Source: Octopus sinensis (Eukaryota). Taken from it: DNA of 64,000 nucleotides. This document shows, piece after piece, positions 54,785 to 64,000 of this stretch. The translations under genes were made by a program, and so were the position numbers. Location: positions 4,526,001-4,590,000 of the forward strand of contig NC_042999.1 of the NCBI RefSeq assembly GCF_006345805.1, given 5' to 3'. Under the pieces are notes generated by a model. The model ran no database searches. It had not been told where the DNA came from and saw nothing but the letters and a program-made list of their open reading frames with translations. Positions within the stretch are counted from its first letter, which is position 1, and every line of letters begins with the position of its first letter.

Positions 54785-55125
54785 AATAAAACCCTTTGTT
54801 AACGGGTAAAGACTCCCACCTCGATCATGACTGACCATGGTATTGCACCTGGAAAGTTACCTTCCAAGGCACAAGTCCTGGCAAGGTGGTTTATGGAAGA
54901 CCAGCTGTTGCCCATGCAAACCAGCCATACCACTGATGTTATCCCAGGGAAAGGCAAAGGGGCCGATACAGCTTGACACCAGTGACAACTCAGCTGAGTG
55001 ATCTGGAGCAATGTGAAATAAAGTGTCTTGCTCAAGAACACAGTACACAGCCCGGTCCAGGAATTGAACTCACTACCTCATGATTGTGAACCCACTGCTC
55101 TAACCACTAAGCCATGCACCTTCAC
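54785..55125 (-). mobile_element. tRNA-derived SINE (second family)
   Basis: Minus-strand head aggtgcatggcttagtggttagagc...gagttcaattcc. The block ttgagcaagacac is shared with 47690-47870 and 56970-57125. Confidence 0.7.
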
Positions 55126-55446
55126 TTTATCAATGCCTACTTTATTTATACCTACTGTCAACCCTGAATATTTATTGACATCAAGTACCTGCTACTGATG
55201 TACATATATATATATATACTTTATTTTAAGCAGCAGAAAATTCAACAAAATCTGTTACTCTGAGATTTTGTTGAATTTTCTGCTGCTTAAAATAAAGCAT
55301 ATTACTCTACCACTGGTATTTGAGTACTCTTTTTTTCCACCTTGTTTCACATTATGTGTTTACTCCGGTATATATATATATATATATGATGATGATATAT
55401 ATATATATATAGATATATATATATATATATAATATATATATATATA

Positions 55447-55494
<48 letters not shown>

Positions 55495-55814
55495 ATGTTA
55501 GTGTCTGAAATAAAGCTGTTGTCAGATTTACACAAAGAAATTATTTATTACAGAACAGACAGAAGCATTCAATGAAACAGCAGCACAAATATTTGTCATA
55601 AAATATTTTGGTTAATTATCTTAATCTTTGGCATAATCATTCAATGAAAGACATGACTATGCTCTCCAACTTCACTACGACAAATCACATAACAAGTGTA
55701 GTGTGTGTGTATGTATCTGTGTGTGTATGTATCTGTGTGTGTGTGCGTGCATGCGTATGTGACTTATCGGTAACACCGTACGTAATACAGAGGAGAAGAA
55801 GATAAACAAATACA

Positions 55815-56080
55815 GGAAGCCGATCGGCCACTATCAGTTTGTGTCGGTCACCATCGAAACCTTGCGCGTTCTCAGACCCCCCCCCACACTGATTCCCTCC
55901 GCAAATACAGGATAACTGTGGCCCATTGGAGAAATGAGTCCCGCAAAGTGAGGTGATTGTTACAGCGAGCGTTACTGGCCATTCTCCACAATGACACCCT
56001 TGTAATCAAGTCTTGCAAGGTACAGCTAACACGTGAACCATTCTGGAGTGCACAACCCACCACTTCCTCTCCCCCAATAT
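55815..56080 (+). mobile_element. Old RLE-clade (CRE-like) non-LTR 3' remnant
   Basis: YQFVSVTIETL...LLQRALLAILHNDTL resembles the FVPVAIETLG...LFQRISLAIQRGN C-terminal motif. Confidence 0.45.
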
Positions 56081-56460
56081 TTTCTGCTGCATAATTCCCC
56101 ACCCTTTTTTTTCTTTTTACCATTTTTTTGGCTCCTCGGTGAGGGAGTTCTGGGTGGTTTTTTTTCTCAATAATTTGATCTTTTATACTTTTTATGTGTT
56201 TTTTTCCTGTAAAGATTTATTAATAAAAATGATTCTTTTATCTGTAACCTTTCGTTTGTTTCACTCATCAGACTGTGGTCATGCTGGGGCAACGCCTTCA
56301 AGAATTTTTAATCGAATCGATCAACCCCAAGACTTATTTTTCTTATAAGCCTGGTACTTGTACTATCGATATCTTTTACCAAACTGCTAAGTTACAGGGA
56401 GATAAACACACAAACACTGGTTAAGTGGTGGAGGGGGACAGAACCCTCACACACCCACCC

Positions 56461-56501
<41 letters not shown>

Positions 56502-56702
56502 TATATATATATAATTTATATATAGAGGGCATTATTATACATAGATGCCACACGCTAAGAGGGACAAAAAGTCATTTCTACCAAAAATGTTACTAATCCC
56601 ACCGAATGCAATCTTTCAAAGCAACCTCTTATGAGGTTTTTCACGCTATCTACCTGATAATTTCTTATTAAGATTCCTTATTAAGAAGTTGTCCTTAATT
56701 GC

Positions 56703-56739
<37 letters not shown>

Positions 56740-57706
56740 GACTTCTTTCAGTTTCTGTCTACCAAATCCACTCACAAGGCTTTGGCCAGCCTGAGGTTAT
56801 AGTAGAAGACACTTGCCCAAGGTGCCTCGCAGTGGGACTGAACCCAGGACCATGTGGCTGGGAAGCAAGCTTCTAACCACACAGCCACACCAGCACCAAC
56901 AAAAGGATGAAGATTCTTCCCAAGTCATATAAAGGCAAAGACCCAGTTTCCTGATTTGTATGGCAAATCTATTTCCCCCAGATGGGATGCTAGTCTGTTG
57001 CAAGTTTGAGTGGACTGGAGCAAAGTGAAATGAAGAGTTTTGCTCAAGAACACAATGTGTCACCTGGTCCAGGAATTGAAACCACACTCTTACGATCAGG
57101 AGTCCAACACCCTAACCACCAAGCTACAGTAATCAAGTAGAAAGGAAAAAATTACTTGAAACTGCCCCATCCGTGAACTCTACATCCTTTTAATACATTT
57201 CGGTACCATTAAATTGGTAACACACATTTTCCAAAATTCAGAAGACTGAGATTAGAATTTGATGGTAGAACAACTATACCTCGATAGGTCCCACCAGGTA
57301 AAGAAATTGAAATATGAGGACATAATAAACAAGGACCATGTCAAGAGCCGGCATGTGGCCTCTACATACAAGAAGAGCATCCAGCCACAAGGAACATGCC
57401 AAAGAAGACACTGGAACAAACTGCAGGCCTTGGGCCCATTGGGTCCTGCTAAACCATCCAACCCAGGCCAGCAGGGGAAATAGACACTAAATGATAAATA
57501 CTACAATTTGTAGCTCTGCCTTCGAATCTTAAAAACCCATAGTGTTTGTTCGTAACGGAAAACTACAGATGGAGAAAGTATGAAATATTCTGTAACAAAT
57601 AAACTGCTGTTTTGATTATTTTTATTTTGAATGTTAGAAATTTTATGAAGCCAAACCAGACATGCAAAAGTGGGAGGAAAAAAAAAAAAATGGGAAAATA
57701 TCTTAC

Positions 57707-59053
57707 CTCAATCTTGGGAGCAGCAGGAGTAGGGGTCAAAGGTTGTACGATAGAAGAAGTAGAAATTTTAGGACCAGGAATATCTTCCTTAGGAGAAGGT
57801 TCCTCAACTGAAGGCTCAGCTGGTTCTGGAACAGAAAGAGCAGCTGCTGCTGCTGCTGGGGCTGGGGCTGCCAAAATACTCTCTTCTTTGGCAGCTTCTT
57901 TCTGTGGGAGTTTTTCCTCTTCAGAACTCAGCGCCAGAGCTGCTGGTATGCTCTCCATTTCAGTTTCTTCCTGTGGAAGTTTCTCCAATACCACTGCTGG
58001 AATAATTTCTTTCTCAGCAGCTTCTTTAGGGGCAATTTCCTCTGGAATTGCCAAAACACTTTCTTCCTGCTTGGTTTCATTGGGTAGGACTGTTTCCACC
58101 TCAGGACTCAGCACTGCTGAAATACCCTCGACTTTTTCAAGTTCTTTTGGCAGAGCTTCTTCTACTTTTGAACTTAATTCTGGTGTAACAGAAATAACCT
58201 CGATCTTTTCAAGTTCTGTTGGTGGGGCCTCTTCCACCTTCAAACTCAATTCTGGTGTTGCTGAAATAACCTCAATCTTTTCGAGTTCTTTAGGTGGGGC
58301 TTCCTCCACCTTCAAACTCAATTCTGGGGTTGCAGAAATACTTTCAATCTTTTCAAGTTCTTTTGGCAGACCTTCCTCCACCTTCAAACTTAATTCTGGT
58401 GTAACAGAAATAACCTCAATCTTTTCAAGTTCTTTAGGTGGGGCTTCCTCCACCTTCAAACTCAATTCTGGGGTTGCTGAAATAACCTCAATCTTTTCGA
58501 GTTCTTTAGGTGGGGCTTCCTCCACCTTCAAACTCAATATTGGGGTTGCAGAAATACTTTCAATCTTTTCAAGTTCTTTCGGTGGGGCATCCTCCACCTT
58601 CAAACTCAATTCTGGTATAACAGAAATACTCTCAATCTTTTCAAGTTCTTTTGGTGGGGCTTCCTCCACCTTCAAACTTAATTCTGGTATAACAGGAATA
58701 CTCTCAATCTTTTCAAGTTCTTTTGGTGGAGCTTCTTCCACCTTCAAACTCAATTCTGGTATAACAGAAACACCCTCAACCTTTTCAAGTTCTTTTGGTG
58801 GGGCTTCCTCCACCTTGGAACTCAATACTGGTGTTGCTGAAATACCTTCGATCTTTTCAAGTTCTTTTGGTAGGGTTTCCTCCACCTTTAAACCCAACAC
58901 CGGAATTGTCGAAATATCCACTTTCTTCTCAGGTTCCGTGGGTTGGGTTTCTTCTACCTTGGAACTCAACACTGGGGCCTCTTCCTTTCTCTCACTTTCA
59001 ACAGGTTTTTCTTTTTCCTTGGAAAGCAAATCAAATTTAGTAGTGGAACTGTA
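57707..59053 (-). CDS. CHCHD3: MIC19 coding exon C, 1347 nt (449 codons), symmetric phase 0-0, with 24-aa PEVK-like tandem repeats; probable cassette exon
   Basis: Acceptor catattacAG and donor GTaaga. Stop-free frame YSSTTKFDLL...PAAPKIE lies within ORF 57563-59080. Length is divisible by 3. Confidence 0.75.
58112..58969 (-). repeat. Coding minisatellite: 12 units of 72 bp (24 aa, consensus LSLKVEEAPPKELEKIEVISATPE); last unit 66 bp
   Basis: Units counted in the translation and checked against nucleotide spacing (unit 1 starts at 58969, unit 12 at 58177). Confidence 0.95.
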
Positions 59054-59823
59054 CTGTAATATGATTTGAACATGTAACACACATTGTTAATCATCTCCTA
59101 CACCCCACCATACTTACATGCAACCTCCACCCAGCCACACTCCTAGTCCATCACCCCCCACACATTTCTACCCCACCCCCTCTACTTTGACACCTCATCA
59201 CCACTATTTTTTCATCTATTTCCACCTCCACCCCAGTTACTCCTACACTCACTTCTAAAATGTGAGTAGTCATGTAGTTCCTCAACAGCAAGAAACCTGT
59301 TCTGCTCTGGGCCCTTGCCCCATAATTTAACCCCTCCATCTCCAAGCATAAAGCCACCTTTCTAAGGTTCAGAGTCTTGGAAGCTGCATGGCAACATCAC
59401 TAGTCCTGGTGATACAAAACAAGCACCTAATACACAATGCGTGTTACATGTATCAGCATGTATCAGTGGAAGTACACGAGAATATACAGTTACATCCTTT
59501 GTAGTCTTTCTGTAAAATAGTTGGCATTAGGAAGGGCACCCAGCCATAGAAATCATATCAAACCAGACATTGGAGCACGATGCGGTCCTTGGCCCACTGA
59601 ATCCGGTCAAACCATCCAACTCGTGGCAGCATGGAATATGGACACGAAATAATAATTACTCCAATTTGTAGCTCTGCTTCATATCTTAAAGACAGTGCCT
59701 CCTGTTCATAATGGAAAACTAGAGATGGAAAAAATATGAAATACTCTATAAGAAATAAACAGCAGAAGCTAAAGCAAACAAGCAACAAAAATTAATTTTA
59801 AAAAAAGCCAGAAAATATCTTAC

Positions 59824-60524
59824 CTCAATCTTGGGAGCAGCAGGACTGGGGATCAAAGGTTGTAACATAGAAGAAGAAGGGATTTTAGGACCAGGAATAA
59901 CTTTCTTAGGAGAAGGTTTTGGAGTTGGAGATTCAGCTGGTTCTGAAATAGAAGGAGCTGTTGTTGCTGCTTTTGCTTTCGTTGGGGTACTTTTTTCCTT
60001 GGCAGCTTCTTCCACTTTAGCCTTCTTTTCAGTTTCTTTCTGTGGGGTCTTTTCCGCTGGTTCTGCCGCGATACTATCTTTAGGGGCAGTTTTATCTACT
60101 TTGGAACTTAAGACTGGAGAAGTTGAAACACACTCTTTCTTTTCAGATTCTTTGGGTGCGATTGCCTTAGAACCCAGCACTGCTGGAAGACCCAATTTCT
60201 TTTCAGGTTCTTTGGGTGCAAGTTTTTCCACTTTAGGGCTCAACACAGCAGCCTCTTCCTTGCTTTTACTGTCAACAGGCTTCTGTTCTTTTTCCTTGGA
60301 AAGCAAATCAGGTTTAGTAACAGGAGAAATAGGGGATTTTTTAGGAGAACCAGGAACAGGGATAGTGGGCGAAGGCGGTAAAATAGGAGTAGCAGGGATA
60401 ACGGGTATAACTGGGAAACTCGGTACCGGTAATTGAGGTTTCTCTGGTGGTGCTTCTACTGCAGGGGCTTTACGCTTGTCTTCAACAATCACCTTTCTTT
60501 TTAGTGGTTCATTGCTCTTGGTAA
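59824..60524 (-). CDS. CHCHD3: MIC19 coding exon B, 701 nt, phase 1 to 0, Pro-rich/PEVK-like low-complexity insert
   Basis: Acceptor ctttctctatttgtAG and donor GTaaga. Open frame VTKSNEPLKRK...PAAPKIE lies within ORF 59746-60612 and is in phase with exon A. Confidence 0.8.
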
Positions 60525-61507
60525 CTACAAATAGAGAAAGAGAGAGAGAGGGAGATAATGTTTCAACTGAAAAATAAATTTTAATAATTGGTAAATGGGA
60601 GAAGAATATCATAAAGTAACAAAAGCTGATTATTGGGTATTTTCAAGCAAATCCCAAAACTTTTATGGTAAAAAAAAAAAAGGGCTTAACATCATTGCAA
60701 ATTTGACAGAAGTTACTTGGTAAATTGCACCAATTGCAGCACTAATATCAAAGAGAAGGCAGTATAGAGCTATGTGTTGGATACAATGCAGTTTCTTTAT
60801 ACAGAGGCTCAGTGAAGAGTTGTGGGTGGACTTTGTGCAAATAGAAAATTTAAAATATTTGGGGTTTTTTTCAAAATAAAGAAGGAAAATTATCAATCAA
60901 ATAAAGAAAACTGATTAGAATTCAAAATCTGGAACCAGACCAGAAATAGTCGACACGGATACTAAAAATAATTTCCTCTCTGCAGATTATTCCATAACAC
61001 GAACTTGAAAAAAAATGAACAAAAAAGTGGTTACACATACACAATACAAAAACTTACGCTCAAAAGATTTATGTCATTCGATTTTTCCAAGATATGATAT
61101 AATTAATTTTTCTTTAAATATCATGACTGTATCAAGTACTTTCTGCAAAATCTCATATATACACAGTAATCCCTCAACTATCGCAGGTGTTATGTTCCAA
61201 AACCCCCTGTGATAGGTGAAAATCCACGAAGTAGAAACAGTACTGTACTTATCATCATCATCACACACACACACACACACAGAGTCAAAAGGTAAGAGCT
61301 AGAGATGCTCAATATAGGAAACAGAGTAGTACTCAAATGATTTGAACTTTCACTCTGGAGTCCTTATTGAGGACCAGGTCCACAGAGTAAAGAGTGGTCA
61401 TAAGAGAAATCCAGGTGAGCTGATAGGGAGACAGTAATACTGATAAACACAATTAGGCTTGATATATATATAAATATGCATACATATACATACACATATA
61501 TAGGGAG

Positions 61508-61576
<69 letters not shown>

Positions 61577-61896
61577 CAAAAACTAAATATATTCAGAATA
61601 TAAACACATATGTACAAGCATATAGATATTTACATATATTGACAAATAAACTTACTTTTACATGGGGTATGAAAAAATACAGAAAACTAAGGAGAGAATG
61701 CATTGTCTTTTTTAACTCGACAGCTGTTTCTGGGAGCTTAGACTTACATAATAGTCATAAAGTCCAAAAAGTCATGGATAAACAACAAGATAATACATGA
61801 TTACTTCGAAACAATGTGAATAAATAAGCAAAACGTTTTCCATAGTAATCTGAATGCTAAAGGGTTCAAGGAGCTTCAAAAGGACCAATCGTTTAC

Positions 61897-61948
61897 CTTT
61901 GGGTTTTTCCTTGATGCCATAAATCTGCTTGGCAACGGAATCCGAAAC
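61897..61948 (-). CDS. CHCHD3: MIC19/MIC25 (CHCHD3/6 family) internal coding exon A, 52 nt, phase 0 to 1
   Basis: Acceptor ttctctttgttttAG and donor GTaaac. Translates to VSDSVAKQIYGIKEKPK, resembling the N-terminal LSENVIDRM motif of vertebrate CHCHD3. Its phase matches the next exon. The start-codon exon is not in the window. Confidence 0.8.
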
Positions 61949-62749
61949 CTAAAACAAAGAGAACATTTAATGAACAAATTAGTTTTCTTGTAGATTGGTA
62001 ATAATTAATACATTAATAAGTGTTAAAAAAATATAAATCTTCCTCATATCCTGTGGTCATTTTTGTCTTCAATTTATGTCTAATTTAATGCAAAGACTTT
62101 GAAGGGTAAATCTCATTCTTGAAATTTAGAAGAATCAATAACTACTTTCCTATTAGATATGTGGACCGGAATAAATGGACTTACTCTAAAACTTAAAACA
62201 ATATTAATTTAACCCATTTGATAACAACCTGCCTAAAACCACCCCTGGTTCTATGATACAGAACCAAGGATGGTTTTAAAATTATCTAAAAAATTTTCAT
62301 AAAAATCTTTTATTTTGTTGCCAATGTCAGCTCAATAATGACAATTATTTTAATAAATTCTTTTTTTTTCCGAAATTATTTGAAGAAAAGGTAGTGTATT
62401 TCAACACAAATATGGTTAAAAAATGGTTAACTTTAAATATATTATTTGTAGGAAGTCACAAAGACGAACAGTAATGGACAAAAAAATATACATTTTACTA
62501 CAGGACAATCCATGGTTATTGCACTGAACGTTAGGCAACCATGTTAATGCAGTGAACAAATATTGAAGTAAGATAAAATTTTACAAACAATTCTAAGCCG
62601 TGTTGACATTTAAAAACAAGCATTAGATTGGTGGTGGACTGGTAATGGGAGATGCCCATGGAAAAGGCAGGTCAAAAGGGTGGTGAGGTTAGATATGAAT
62701 ATATTGGACTTTTGGAGAGAGAAATGACAGCATTATGAAGAATCACGTA

Positions 62750-63072
62750 ATACGCTACACTGCACATTTATTTAACCTGACCAGATCTGCCAGTGCCGCT
62801 AGACTGGCTCCTGTGCAGGTGACATGTAAAAAAATACCATTTGAGCATGGCCGTTGCCAGTACCACCTGACTGGCCCTCGTGCCGGTGACACGTAAAAAA
62901 CACCCACTACACTCTCGGAGTGGTTGGCATTAGGAAGGGCATCCAGCTGTAGAAACTCAGCCAGATCAAGATTGGAGCCTGATGCAGCCACCTGGTTCGC
63001 CAGTCTTCAGTCAAATCGTCCAACCCATGCTAGCATGGAAAGCAGACATTAAACAATGATGATGATGATGAG
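62750..63072 (+). mobile_element. RTE-LINE 3' tail copy (one of at least 12 in the window)
   Basis: aaagcacccactacactc..ggcattaggaagggcatccagctgtagaaac..ccaacccatgctagcatggaaag..(GAT)n. Other copies at about 20760, 22730, 25000, 25360, 26830, 30380, 33105, 46625, 50285, 57350 and 59510. Confidence 0.85.
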
Positions 63073-64000
63073 ATCTGTGGATGGTGCAAAGTCCCTCTTG
63101 ACCCAAGGTAACGTAGTGGTGGAACAATGTAGTTGACAGGGCCATTAGGGAAAAGAAACAGGCATGGAAGGACTGGAAGAACGGTGGTAGTAGGGAATTC
63201 TATCAGATTGCCAGAAGGGAAGCTAGGAGACAGGTTTATTAAGCCAGAGGGGAAGCAGATAAGAAAAAATTTGCTAATGTTCTACATCATGAGGACCAAA
63301 GACCTTGAAGTGTTTCATGTTGCAAGAGAGTGTGTGAGAGCGAATCATGATGTCATAGGAGAGAAATGTGTCCACATGGATGATGGCTCACTTGCATTTA
63401 ATGAGGCTGCAAAGAAGGAGACTTAGAGACACCACTATGAACGGTTGCTAAATCAAGGAAGTGAATGGGAGAAAGAGAGTCTGTCAAATGTCAACCCAAC
63501 AGAGGGACCAGCTATCCAAGTTGACAGTACTTTGGTAGATAAAGCAATTGAGGGTATGAAGACAGGGAAAGCCCCCGGCCCATCAAGAATCATCGCGGAG
63601 ATGCTTAAAATATCTGGCGGTGTCAGCTATAGTCTAGTCACCCGTATAGTCAATGAGGTGATACATGAAGGAGTCATATCCAATGACTGGTGAAGGCGAT
63701 GCATTCGATACGAATAATTACAGAGGTATCAAGTTGTTGCATCAGGTAATGAAAGTCATGGAGAGGGTCATAGCCCAACTAATTAGGGAGAGAGTTAGGT
63801 TAGATGAAATGCAGTTTGGGTTTATGACAGGGAAAAGCACCACTGATGCGAAATTTCTGGTAAGACAGCTGCAGGACAAATACCTAGCCAAAGATAAAAC
63901 ACTGTACCTGGCTTTTGTTGACATGGAGAAAGCCTTTGATAGGGTCCCCCGATCCCTTATCTGGTGGGTCAATATGGAAACTAGGAATAGATGAGTGGTT
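63073..64000 (+). mobile_element. RTE-clade LINE ORF2 fragment, same family as 41340-43368, running off the window
   Basis: KTGKAPGPS, NYRGIKLL, EMQFGFMTGKSTTDA and FVDMEKAFDRVPR. Stops and a deletion are present. Confidence 0.92.

Noticed and set aside
53020-54838. Very long ORFs (431-579 aa) rich in VCVYIY or HTHTYI
   Set aside because: They are translations of a CA/TA microsatellite, which cannot form stop codons in most frames. The same applies to the IYIY ORFs at 3000-5700, 36800-37300, 39300-39900 and 43500-46000.
58112-58969. CRISPR-like array
   Set aside because: The repeats are contiguous with no unique spacers, they are coding, and the context is eukaryotic.
57612-59069. 485-aa antisense ORF (and a 201-aa one at 59831-60436) overlapping exons C and B
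   Set aside because: This is a shadow of a repetitive, codon-biased sense frame. Splice sites and phase continuity support only the minus strand.
57707-60524. Annotation as titin or twitchin
   Set aside because: No Ig, Fn3 or kinase exons are present, and the flanking in-phase exons are clearly MIC19-type. The similarity is compositional only.
62600-62660. ATGGGC (MG...) as the missing myristoylated first exon of MIC19
   Set aside because: The downstream translation does not resemble MIC19 and I saw no suitable donor. Exon 1 is probably beyond 64000.

Overview
AT-rich eukaryotic DNA dense in microsatellites and transposons. The repeat landscape (tRNA-head SINEs, RTE LINEs with (GAT)n tails, Penelope-like elements, mariners) is consistent with an octopus or other cephalopod genome; this is an inference. 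One host gene can be reconstructed by hand on the minus strand: a MICOS subunit of the MIC19/MIC25 (CHCHD3/CHCHD6) family. It has seven phase-compatible GT-AG coding exons (61948-61897, 60524-59824, 59053-57707, 34139-33966, 32653-32583, 30349-30214, 27609-27583) totalling 2508 nt, or 835 aa plus stop. The first exon lies beyond the right edge of the window. The main surprise is about 680 aa of Pro/Glu/Val/Lys-rich, probably disordered sequence between the N-terminal motif and the coiled-coil/CHCH domain. It includes a symmetric 1347-nt exon carrying twelve 72-bp repeats, which arose by partial duplication of the preceding exon and its intron. The CHCH domain has lost its fourth cysteine. Other notable signals are an intact minimal type-I hammerhead ribozyme in a Penelope-associated inverted repeat, a second hammerhead-like motif, a pre-miRNA-like hairpin and a cluster of long fold-back repeats in the 23.6-kb intron. 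The window also holds a nested, decayed Ty3/Gypsy element and a head-to-tail Helitron dimer. Most long ORFs in the ORF track are microsatellite artefacts.
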